Positions 40,745-49,267 of a stretch of 64,000 nt of DNA are shown piece by piece. The stretch is from an uncultured Cellvibrionales bacterium. Lineage in GTDB: Bacteria > Pseudomonadota > Gammaproteobacteria > Pseudomonadales > CAWVSB01. Position 1 is the first letter of the stretch, and every line of letters begins with the position of its first letter. A program made the translations under genes and the position numbers. The notes beneath the pieces were generated by a model. That model was not told where the DNA came from. It worked only from the letters and a program-made list of their open reading frames with translations, and did not search any database. The DNA lies in NCBI GenBank assembly GCA_963933215.1, contig CAWVSB010000004.1, positions 11,887-75,886 of the forward strand, in the 5' to 3' direction.

Positions 40745-41914
40745 ATGATAAAAATAATAAGCGCAGGTGTGGTTTTTCTATTGTTGATTGTTTGGTGGGT
40801 ACTGGAATTTATTGTGCCGGCTCAAGTGGAGCTTTCACAGAATATTATCACTTTGCATGAGCCTTATACCATCTCTCCAGCAGCACAGGCTTTACATGAC
40901 CGCATTTTAGTTGCCGACCTACACACTGATAGTTTGTTGTGGAAACGAGATCTTAATAAGCATGACAACCGCGGTCACGTTGATGTCCCAAGGTTGCTGG
41001 CGGGCAATGTAGCGCTGCAAATGTTTACAGCGGTGACGAAAAGTCCTGATGGCCAAAATTATGAAAGTAATACCAGTGATAGTGACATTATTACTTATCT
41101 GGCTATGGTTCAGCTATGGCCCGTGAACACATGGTTTAGCTTGTTAGAGCGGGTGCTCTATCAAGCCGATAAGCTGGAACAGTTTGCCAATGAATCTAAC
41201 AACGACTTGGTTTTTGTAAAGAATCAACAAGACTTAACTGCCGTTTTAGCTCTGCGCGCCAAAGGTAGTTCACAGATTGCCGCACTGTATGGCATAGAAG
41301 GAGCACATTCGCTGGAAGGTAAGTTAGACAATGTCCAAATTTTGTTTGATGCTGGGGTGAGGATGATAGGTATTACCCATTTCTTTGATAATGAGTTGGC
41401 TGGATCGCTACATGGTATTAGCGGAGCTGGCCTAACAGAATTTGGTCGCAAGGTAGTATTGAAGGCAGTTGAGCTTGGTATGATTGTTGATATTGCGCAT
41501 GCGTCGCCAGCAGCAGTAGAGGAAATATTAATGCTGTCTGACAAGCCGGTTATTTTAAGTCATGGCGGTATGCAGGGCGCTTGTGATACTCCAAGAAACC
41601 TGTCGGATGAATTAATGAAAAAAGTTGCTGCCCATGGCGGTCTAGTTGGAATCGGTTTTTGGGATGGTGCTGTTTGTGATCCAAGCCCTGTTGGGGTGGT
41701 TAAATCAATTCGTTATGCGATAGATACTTTAGGTGTTGATGCCGTCGCTTTGGGTTCTGATTATGACGGTACAGTTGAGGTCACCTTTGATACCGCAGAG
41801 CTAGCCGTGCTAACTCAGGTTATGCTTGAACAAGATTTCAGTGAAGACGAAATTACTAAAGTGATGGGCGCTAATACAGTAGCTTTTTTTAGTCGCTATT
41901 TGCCTGCTCATTAA
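40745..41914 (+). CDS. membrane-anchored dipeptidase (peptidase M19 family)
   Basis: N-terminal TM anchor. DLHTDSLLW, GIEGAHSLEG, GITHFFDNE and GSDYDG blocks. Confidence 0.85.
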   Translation: MIKIISAGVVFLLLIVWWVLEFIVPAQVELSQNIITLHEPYTISPAAQALHDRILVADLHTDSLLWKRDLNKHDNRGHVDVPRLLAGNVALQMFTAVTKSPDGQNYESNTSDSDIITYLAMVQLWPVNTWFSLLERVLYQADKLEQFANESNNDLVFVKNQQDLTAVLALRAKGSSQIAALYGIEGAHSLEGKLDNVQILFDAGVRMIGITHFFDNELAGSLHGISGAGLTEFGRKVVLKAVELGMIVDIAHASPAAVEEILMLSDKPVILSHGGMQGACDTPRNLSDELMKKVAAHGGLVGIGFWDGAVCDPSPVGVVKSIRYAIDTLGVDAVALGSDYDGTVEVTFDTAELAVLTQVMLEQDFSEDEITKVMGANTVAFFSRYLPAH

Positions 41915-42023
41915 GCATAGCGAGCGCTTGTAGTGCTAAAGCTAATCAAGAGTGTATTAGGCTGTCGGGTAAAAAGTGAGGCGCTGGTTACCGCGGCTGT
42001 TAAATTGTTAAAACTGACCCTGT

Positions 42024-42042
42024 CGCCCTAGTGAATAGGGCG
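42024..42042. terminator. weak hairpin between convergent genes
   Basis: CGCCCTA-GTGAA-TAGGGCG with a 7-bp stem. No clear U-tract on either strand. Confidence 0.3.
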
Positions 42043-42095
42043 CCTATATAGTTGCTATTATCCGTTTTACTATCTACAAGTAATATCCATTGAGG

Positions 42096-43286
42096 CTATT
42101 TCATGCCAGCGGCAATCCAACTGCCTAGTTGTTGACGCTCCGCCTCCGTCATCGCCGTTTTATTCATCATTGGCATATTCTGTGTGTCAACAGATCTGGC
42201 TTTAATGCGTGGAGCCCAGCGTTTTATGTCATCAAGACTATCGAGTATCACGCCGCCTGGGGCACTGGTGAAAATGTCATCAGTTGGCATTGCTGAATGA
42301 CAGCTACTGCAATGCATTTGAACAATCGCCTCGACTTCAGCGGAGGTGACAACAGTAGCGGAATCTTCGGTTACCACTGGCTTAGGTGCCATGACTATCG
42401 CTAGTATTAAGGTGGCGAATGCGGCTCCTATTAGTATGACCGGACGATTAACTTTTTTGTGTGCCAGTACAAAGTACTGCCGCGCTACAGCGGTAATCGC
42501 CATAATCACTAAAAGTATTACCCAATTGTTTGGATTGGCATAGGTCATAGGGTAGTGCGCACTGATCATGATGAACAGCAATGGCAAGGTAAGGTAGGTG
42601 TTGTGGGTTGAATGTAACTTAGCCCGCGCACCCCACGCCGGATCTGGCGCTTCGCCTTTCTCAATGGCCGCCACCAGCGCTCGCTGAGACGGCATAATGA
42701 CTCGAAATACATTGCCCACCATAATGGTGCCAATAATAGCGCCCATGTGAATGTAGGCGCCGCGGCCACTGAACAGATGGGTTAGGGAATAGGCCAAAGC
42801 CACCGTCGCCAGCACCAGAATTCCACCGATAATATAGACGTTTTTAGCTAGCGGGCTACGGCAGAGTAGCTCATAGAATATCCAGCTACCGGCCAGAAAA
42901 GACAGGCCAATAGCGATGGCTTGCAGTTGGCTAAGATCGGCGACGCGCTTGTCAATTAGATAAGCGTCGGCACCAAGATAATAGATGATTGTCAGCAATA
43001 CCATACCGGTCAACCAGGTGGTATAGGCTTCCCATTTGAACCAGTGAAGCTGGGCGGGCATTTGTTCCGGCGCCAATGAATACTTGGCCACCTCGTAAAT
43101 GCCGCCGCCGTGAATCGCCCACAAATCGCCTTTTATACCTTTGTCTTGTTTCCAGCGCGGCGGCTTTTCCAAACTGTTGTCCAGCCAGACAAAATAGAAC
43201 GACGCACCAATCCAGGCAATGCCGGTGATCAGATGTAACCAGCGAAATATCAGTTGTAGCCAGTCCAAAATGTAAGCTTCTAGCAT
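42096..43286 (-). CDS. puuD: urate hydroxylase PuuD (integral-membrane cytochrome c urate oxidase)
   Basis: Polytopic membrane N-terminal region (LHLITGIAWIGASFYFVWLDNSL) and a C-terminal c-type heme motif CSSCH. Confidence 0.85.
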   Translation of the reverse strand: MLEAYILDWLQLIFRWLHLITGIAWIGASFYFVWLDNSLEKPPRWKQDKGIKGDLWAIHGGGIYEVAKYSLAPEQMPAQLHWFKWEAYTTWLTGMVLLTIIYYLGADAYLIDKRVADLSQLQAIAIGLSFLAGSWIFYELLCRSPLAKNVYIIGGILVLATVALAYSLTHLFSGRGAYIHMGAIIGTIMVGNVFRVIMPSQRALVAAIEKGEAPDPAWGARAKLHSTHNTYLTLPLLFIMISAHYPMTYANPNNWVILLVIMAITAVARQYFVLAHKKVNRPVILIGAAFATLILAIVMAPKPVVTEDSATVVTSAEVEAIVQMHCSSCHSAMPTDDIFTSAPGGVILDSLDDIKRWAPRIKARSVDTQNMPMMNKTAMTEAERQQLGSWIAAGMK

Positions 43287-43296
43287 ATCTTTTCCC

Positions 43297-43338
43297 GTTC
43301 TAGTTCTAGTTCTAGTTCTAGTTCTAGTTCTTGTTCTT
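43297..43338. repeat. hexanucleotide tandem repeat (GTTCTA)5(GTTCTT)2
   Basis: Read directly from the sequence. Five perfect GTTCTA units at 43297-43326 and two GTTCTT units at 43327-43338. It fills most of the 56-bp guaD-puuD spacer. Confidence 0.95.
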
Positions 43339-43342
43339 GTTG

Positions 43343-44644
43343 CTAATGTTGATCCCGATCGTGCACTAGTGCCCCGGCCGAGTAAGTCGCTTTAATTGTT
43401 CTGTCATCGCCTAGCATAGCGATGACAAATAGTAGCTCGAATAAGTCTTTGCAATGTTCCAGTCTAAACTTCATAAAACGGGTAGGGGCCTTATCGAGGA
43501 CAATGAAATCAGCTTCTTTGCCAGTCTCGAAATTACCTATCAGGTCGTCCATGTCCAGTGTTTTAGCGCCGCCAAGTGTCGCCAAGTAGAACGCCTTAAA
43601 AGGCGTTAGTTTCTCACTCTGTAGTTGCATTACCTTGTAGGCCTCAGCCATGGTTTGCAGCATTGAGAAACTAGTGCCGGCGCCGACATCGGTTCCTAGT
43701 CCAACCTCTATATCATGGGTTATTGCCTGCTTTAGTTTAAACAGTCCGCTACCAAGGAATAGGTTGGAGGTTGGGCAGAAAGCGATATTAGAATTTGTTT
43801 CTGCCAGTCGCTGCCACTCTTCATCCTGCAAGTGAATGCAATGAGCAAACACACTACGCCGACCCAATAGGCCCGCTTCGTCGTAGGTCTGTAAATAGTT
43901 GTCGCAGTGGGGGAAAAGCTCATTCACCCACACTACTTCGGCGGCATTTTCCGACATATGCGTCTGCATATAGACCCCCGGATGTTCCTGTAATAGCTGG
44001 CCCGCTTTGCTCAATTGCGCTGCGGTTGATGTAGGCGCAAAACGCGGTGTCACCGCATAACGCAGGCGCCCGCGGTCATGCCATTTCTCTATTAACGCTT
44101 TACTGTCTTGATAAGAACTTTCAGCTGAATCCAATAAGTAGTCAGGCGCATTTCGGTCCATCATTACTTTGCCCGCAATCATCCGCAGATTGCGCTCTTC
44201 ACATGCTTCGAAAAAAGAATCTACCGACTCTTTGTGCACCGTGCCGAAAACCAATGCGGTGGTGGTGCCGTTGCGTAGCAATTCGTCGAGAAAGCGGTCA
44301 GCGATACGCCGAGCGTAGGCGGGTTCGGCGAAGCGTTGTTCAACCGGGAAAGTATAGTTGTCCAGCCACTCCAGTAATTGCTCGCCATAAGCCGCTATCA
44401 TCTCGGTTTGCGGGTAATGTATATGGGTGTCGACAAACCCCGGTATTATTAGTGCGTCGGGATAGTCCAGTACAGCAACGCTATTGTCCAAGCCCGGCAG
44501 TATTTCGTCAGCAAACCCCACGCTGACTACTTTGCCCTGATCAACCAATAGTATACCGTCGTTAAAAAATTCATAGCTGTTATCAACGTTAACTTTATCG
44601 GGGTCAGCAAGAAAATGTAAAATACTGGCGCGATAGGCTTTCAC
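43343..44644 (-). CDS. guaD: guanine deaminase (amidohydrolase type)
   Basis: 433 aa. PGFVDTHIHYPQT metal motif and conserved HCIHL and GTDVGAG blocks. Confidence 0.9.
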   Translation of the reverse strand: MKAYRASILHFLADPDKVNVDNSYEFFNDGILLVDQGKVVSVGFADEILPGLDNSVAVLDYPDALIIPGFVDTHIHYPQTEMIAAYGEQLLEWLDNYTFPVEQRFAEPAYARRIADRFLDELLRNGTTTALVFGTVHKESVDSFFEACEERNLRMIAGKVMMDRNAPDYLLDSAESSYQDSKALIEKWHDRGRLRYAVTPRFAPTSTAAQLSKAGQLLQEHPGVYMQTHMSENAAEVVWVNELFPHCDNYLQTYDEAGLLGRRSVFAHCIHLQDEEWQRLAETNSNIAFCPTSNLFLGSGLFKLKQAITHDIEVGLGTDVGAGTSFSMLQTMAEAYKVMQLQSEKLTPFKAFYLATLGGAKTLDMDDLIGNFETGKEADFIVLDKAPTRFMKFRLEHCKDLFELLFVIAMLGDDRTIKATYSAGALVHDRDQH

Positions 44645-45171
44645 TGGCGCTGCCTCGACGGAGCCGACAATGGCTGAATAGTGAGCTCGGTGTCAGCGTC
44701 GAGCGCAAACTCGTCGCAGTTATTTCCTTCACCGCCGCGGTCGATGACTAAAAAGTCGTTAACCGCATTTAACCCTAGGCAGTAGTGATGCCAGGTGCCA
44801 CGGGCGTAATTAACTCCTTGATTGGGGCTAGCTAAAAAAGCGCGTACCAACTCCAGTTTAAACTCGCCGGCGGGCGCCACCACCACTACATAGGGGTTGC
44901 CTGACAAGGGCATAAATGCCTGACTACCCAGAGGGTGACGTTCCATTATTTTAACGCTGAAGGGAAGCTCCACCGGCTTACTATGAAATATGCTGATAAT
45001 GCCATGGCCACCAGCGCTATCAACATCGACTTTAGCGAGTGCGTGGTGGCGCTCGGTTAGCCCATAGTTAATAGGGATAACTCTATCGGCGGCGCCCAAT
45101 TCAATCACCTCACCAAAATCAGCGAAACTGGTTTTACTAAGTGGCTCTAATGTTAACGTTGTTTGCTTCAT
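44641..45171 (-). CDS. allA: ureidoglycolate lyase
   Basis: 176-aa cupin-like protein of AllA size and layout (NYGLTERHH..., GTWHH), within the ureide pathway operon. Confidence 0.8.
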   Translation of the reverse strand: MKQTTLTLEPLSKTSFADFGEVIELGAADRVIPINYGLTERHHALAKVDVDSAGGHGIISIFHSKPVELPFSVKIMERHPLGSQAFMPLSGNPYVVVVAPAGEFKLELVRAFLASPNQGVNYARGTWHHYCLGLNAVNDFLVIDRGGEGNNCDEFALDADTELTIQPLSAPSRQRQ

Positions 45172-45513
45172 CTAGCTGCCGCGATACGTTGAATAGCCAA
45201 AGGGCGATAGCAACAAAGGAATATGATAGTGCTGACCGTCACCTGATATATTGAAAACGACCTCGGCCCATGGATAAAAGACAGGCGCGTCGATGGCATC
45301 AAAATACTGACTAATAGCAAAATACAGACGATAGGTTCCTGCCTCCAGCACTTGCTCTGCTGGGCAAAGATTGGGCGCTCGGCCATCGCTGTTGGTCTCG
45401 CTGCTACCCACTTTTTCCCAGTCGTCTTGGTGGCGACGAAACAGTGAAATAGTCACCCCAGGGGCGGGGCAGCCTAGTGCAGTGTCAAGTATGTGAGTAG
45501 TGATCTGACTCAT
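45172..45513 (-). CDS. uraH: 5-hydroxyisourate hydrolase (transthyretin-like)
   Basis: 113 aa. N-terminal ITTHILDTALG and the diagnostic C-terminal YSTYRGS. Confidence 0.9.
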   Translation of the reverse strand: MSQITTHILDTALGCPAPGVTISLFRRHQDDWEKVGSSETNSDGRAPNLCPAEQVLEAGTYRLYFAISQYFDAIDAPVFYPWAEVVFNISGDGQHYHIPLLLSPFGYSTYRGS

Positions 45514-46010
45514 CGTAATTTCTCCAATCGCAGGTGGAAAATTTGTCTCTGTTGTTCGGCTGCATTTTGTAATTCCTGCTTGCGGCTGTTGGGTAGTCTC
45601 GCCTCTAACAGGGCTAACATCTCACTGGCACTTTTACCGCTAGCACAGACAATAAAAATAAAACCAAATTCTTTTTCATAAGCCGCATTGCCTTTTGCCA
45701 GAGCAGTGATCAATTGGTCACTGGCGCTATCTACCGACGCCTGCTCACCTGCCGCAAGTGCTTTGGTGTTAGCATATTTAGCTTTAAGAGAGTCTACGTC
45801 GCCTATTTTTGGATGGCCATCAAAAGACTGCAGATAGTCTTTCTCTTGTAGCCCTTGCCAAGCTTTGTCGGCAGCGTGATGAAGCGCCTCCGGGCTAGCG
45901 AAGGGTCTTAGCTTTAGCAGACCCGCTATCCAAGCTTCGCTGGTACAGCACTGCAGCAACATCTTAGTGCCGGCTGCAGTATCCGCTGTATTAAGAGCAA
46001 GCAAACTCAA
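45510..46010 (-). CDS. uraD: OHCU decarboxylase
   Basis: 166 aa with the FDGHPKIGD motif typical of 2-oxo-4-hydroxy-4-carboxy-5-ureidoimidazoline decarboxylase. Confidence 0.85.
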   Translation of the reverse strand: MSLLALNTADTAAGTKMLLQCCTSEAWIAGLLKLRPFASPEALHHAADKAWQGLQEKDYLQSFDGHPKIGDVDSLKAKYANTKALAAGEQASVDSASDQLITALAKGNAAYEKEFGFIFIVCASGKSASEMLALLEARLPNSRKQELQNAAEQQRQIFHLRLEKLR

Positions 46011-47035
46011 CGCGCCGCTGCCCAGTCTGGCGTACCAAAAATCCGAAGTCGACTGACGCCGCCATCTGGAAATATATTAAGTCGCACATGGCTAAACTGC
46101 TGCTCGGAGGTGGCCAAAATCTGTTTGATATACAAATGCAGCTGATCCGCCTGCAGCGGAGTATTGGCTATTATGGTTTGCCAACTGACTTGTTCGGGCT
46201 GCAGGTCTTTGCTTGCAGATAAGGTGCCCTCGAGACTAAAACTCTCAGGGTAGTTACCTTTAAAGTGAGCGGTATCGAGAATGACTTTGCGGATAGTCCC
46301 CGCCACGCCTAACTTGATAACACACCAATCGTTGCCGTCATCGCGGCGCCGGCGGGTCTCCCAGCCATCGCCCATGTTGGCGCCCGGATTAGGCATTAAA
46401 AGATTGCTTGGTGAGCTGTAAAATTTGTCACTGCATTGTTGCCCACGGGCACCAATCATGACGCTGGCTAGGTCGACCAATTCGCCCGCGACGTAGTTCT
46501 CTTTTAGTAGTTTGGCGCTACCCCAAGCGCGCAGTCGGGCTACGCCGCCGTCGGGATATATTTTCAGCCGCAGATGGGTGCAAGGACGCGGGTTATCAAT
46601 TTTAAAAAAGTTGTGGTCATCGGAATTGGTCGTACTTTTGGGCACTAACTCAAACCACTGCATATCGGTGCTGAGGCTGCCTTCCGCCCAAGCGCCTTCA
46701 AGTGAAGCATACTCCGGCGCGTTGCCGGTGAAGTGAGTCGTTTCTATATCGACGCCATGAATAATCCCAGGGATACCGAGGCGCAATATGCACCAATCAT
46801 GATCTATTGCCGCCTGGTTGCGACTGCGGCGACCAAAGCTGCGCCGCGATTCCCAGCCATCCATCCATTGGCCAGTGGTGACAAAATGCCCTGGGCGAAA
46901 GATTGGCTCATCGTGCTTGACCAAATTTTCGCATTCGGCAAACCAGTCGTCTGAGGAGGCAAGTGCTTTTCCTCCTACTCGTTCATCGACTAGATCAGTA
47001 TAGTTAAGCCTGAAATCTTCTAAGCTGTCATTCAT
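46007..47035 (-). CDS. alc: allantoicase
   Basis: 342 aa with two internal allantoicase repeats (GWESRRSF... and GWETRRRR...). Confidence 0.9.
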   Translation of the reverse strand: MNDSLEDFRLNYTDLVDERVGGKALASSDDWFAECENLVKHDEPIFRPGHFVTTGQWMDGWESRRSFGRRSRNQAAIDHDWCILRLGIPGIIHGVDIETTHFTGNAPEYASLEGAWAEGSLSTDMQWFELVPKSTTNSDDHNFFKIDNPRPCTHLRLKIYPDGGVARLRAWGSAKLLKENYVAGELVDLASVMIGARGQQCSDKFYSSPSNLLMPNPGANMGDGWETRRRRDDGNDWCVIKLGVAGTIRKVILDTAHFKGNYPESFSLEGTLSASKDLQPEQVSWQTIIANTPLQADQLHLYIKQILATSEQQFSHVRLNIFPDGGVSRLRIFGTPDWAAAR

Positions 47036-48405
47036 TGCGCTAATTCTTTCCTATTAAGTACGGGCTTCCCATGGGGGTGGCCGACAATATCGCCGCCAGC
47101 ATATATCTCTGTTCCACGCAGCAAGGTTCGCTCGACAACGCCACTTACTTGATGACCTTCATAAGGCGTTATTTTATGTCGATACTTGATAATATCGGCA
47201 CAGATAGTGAACTCTGCGTTGTCGTCAAAAACAATTAGGTCGGCGTCATAACCCGGTGCAATACGGCCTTTTCTTCCGTCTAAGCCAGCAAATTGGGCTG
47301 GCCGCGTGGCCATCCAGTCTACGACTTGTGCCAACGAGAAGCCACGCTTGCGGGCCTCGGTCCAGACTAATGGCAGACCAAACTGCAAAGAAGATATCCC
47401 GCCCCATGCTCTTTCAAGATCACCACTGTCCAGATGCTTCAGTTGCGGTGTGCAGGGAGAGTGATCAGACACTACAAATTCGATAGCACCTTTTGCCAGC
47501 GCCTCCCACAGCGCTGTTCGGTTGGCATCTTCGCGAATAGGCGGGCAACATTTATAAAGGGTTTTCCCATCGGGACACGCTTCGGCAAACAGGGTCAGGT
47601 AATGGGGGCAGGTCTCTGCTGTTATGGCAATTCCTCTGGCTCTGGCTTGCTCGATGGCGGGTATCGCATCAGCACTGGATAAATGCACAATATGCATTCT
47701 AGCCATGTGGCCGGCATGCTTAGCTTCTTCGGCTAATTCTATTACCAGATCTATCGCATCATTTTCCCAGCTGCGGGGGCGGGATGCCAGAAAGCTTTGG
47801 TAGCTGTCACCGATTTCCGCCGGTGGGGTATTGTCTTTATCCAGTTCGGCGTGAATAAGATAGGGCACATTGTGCGCGGCAATTATTGGTATGGCGCGGC
47901 GAATATGAGTTTCGTCTACCCGCGGAAAATCATCAATACCAGAGTGTATGGTAAACGACTTGACCCCGAGAACCCCTGCGCGCAATAGCTCATCAAGGTC
48001 ATCCAGACTGTCGGGCACTACGCCGCCCCAGAAACCGCAATCGACCCACAGTTGGTTGCCCAGAGCGTCCAATTTCTGTTGTAAAGCGTCGACACTGGTA
48101 GTGACTGGCGTGCAGTTCAGCGGCATATCAACTACGGTGGTAATACCGCCAGCTGCGGCTGCTTGAGTGGCGGTATTAAAGCCTTCCCAATCGGTCCGGC
48201 CAGGCTCATTGATATGGACATGGGTGTCCACCAGTCCGGGGATTAAGACCTTATTGTCCAGTTCTTCAACGGGGCAATCAGGCGTTTCATCATAGTCTAA
48301 TACTGCGGTTATTTTTCCGTCGGACACCACAACCGTAGCGGCTCGTTCACCGTCATCGGTGATAACTCGTCGACTACGCAGGGCAAAAGTTGCAGAATTG
48401 TTCAT
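47032..48405 (-). CDS. allB: allantoinase
   Basis: Cyclic amidohydrolase with GLVDTHVHINEPGRTDWEGF and a later VSDHSP block. Confidence 0.9.
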   Translation of the reverse strand: MNNSATFALRSRRVITDDGERAATVVVSDGKITAVLDYDETPDCPVEELDNKVLIPGLVDTHVHINEPGRTDWEGFNTATQAAAAGGITTVVDMPLNCTPVTTSVDALQQKLDALGNQLWVDCGFWGGVVPDSLDDLDELLRAGVLGVKSFTIHSGIDDFPRVDETHIRRAIPIIAAHNVPYLIHAELDKDNTPPAEIGDSYQSFLASRPRSWENDAIDLVIELAEEAKHAGHMARMHIVHLSSADAIPAIEQARARGIAITAETCPHYLTLFAEACPDGKTLYKCCPPIREDANRTALWEALAKGAIEFVVSDHSPCTPQLKHLDSGDLERAWGGISSLQFGLPLVWTEARKRGFSLAQVVDWMATRPAQFAGLDGRKGRIAPGYDADLIVFDDNAEFTICADIIKYRHKITPYEGHQVSGVVERTLLRGTEIYAGGDIVGHPHGKPVLNRKELAQ

Positions 48406-49262
48406 AGGGGTTCCTGGTTGTTCAATTGCTCCACCAGTGGTTTTAGCTCTGCCCTACTAGGGCCCCGCTGCACTGGTTGGTTGGAAAAAGTTTGATTATA
48501 AATACTAATTAATTGACCGGCTATCGACACCGCGACTTCCATGGGGCGTTTGCCGGGCACTTCAGTTAGTCCAATGGGGCAGTGGACTGAATTATAAAGA
48601 TCGTCGCTATAGCCCTGATGTTGTAGGCGCATCTGGAAGCGGCGCCACTTAGTTTGTGAGCCTATCATGCCAACATAGGCCGCATCTTCGCGTTTCAGTG
48701 CGGCGCTCAAAATCTCATAATCAAGCTGGTGGTTATGAGTCATGATAAGAAAGTAACTGCCCGCTGGCATAGTGGCCACTTCTGCCGCTGGCGTATCGCT
48801 GTAGCTTATATCAGCACTGACTTGCTCGGCACTAGGGTCTAGGTTTTCGCGACTATCCACCCACTGCAAGCGACAGGGTAACTGCTCAAGTATAGGTGCT
48901 AATGCGCTGCCAACATGTCCTGCGCCAAACAGCATAATATTCATATTGCTGGTTTTGAAGCTTTCAAACAGAACGCTGGTACTACCGCCACAGCACTGGC
49001 CCAGACTTGGCCCCAAGGGAAAGTACTCAATATGTTGCGTTTCGTCTTTTTGTAGCAGCAATTTAGCGGCTATTTCTGCACTGCGATATTCAAGATGACC
49101 ACCACCGATAGTGCCATAGAATTGCCGCGCGGCGAAAACCATTTTTGTGCCACTGTCGCGAGGCGTTGAGCCACGCACGCCGAGTACGGTAACCAGTACA
49201 TAATCCTCGCCAGCTTGTTGTAACAATTTGGCTGCATCGGCCCAGTGAGTGTTTGTATTCAA
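48402..49262 (-). CDS. xdhC: xanthine dehydrogenase accessory protein XdhC
   Basis: 286 aa with an XdhC/CoxI N-terminal domain (VLVTVLGVRGSTPRDSGTKM) and a Rossmann-like LFGAGHVG. Confidence 0.85.
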   Translation of the reverse strand: MNTNTHWADAAKLLQQAGEDYVLVTVLGVRGSTPRDSGTKMVFAARQFYGTIGGGHLEYRSAEIAAKLLLQKDETQHIEYFPLGPSLGQCCGGSTSVLFESFKTSNMNIMLFGAGHVGSALAPILEQLPCRLQWVDSRENLDPSAEQVSADISYSDTPAAEVATMPAGSYFLIMTHNHQLDYEILSAALKREDAAYVGMIGSQTKWRRFQMRLQHQGYSDDLYNSVHCPIGLTEVPGKRPMEVAVSIAGQLISIYNQTFSNQPVQRGPSRAELKPLVEQLNNQEPL

Positions 49263-49267
49263 ACCGT

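Noticed and set aside
44047-44526. 159-aa plus-strand ORF inside guaD. Similar antisense ORFs occur at 4827-5291, 11276-11695, 15739-16146, 24119-24547 and 53454-53852.
   Set aside because: All lie opposite genes with clear family signatures and have Arg/Ser/Pro-rich antisense-type composition. There is no independent support.
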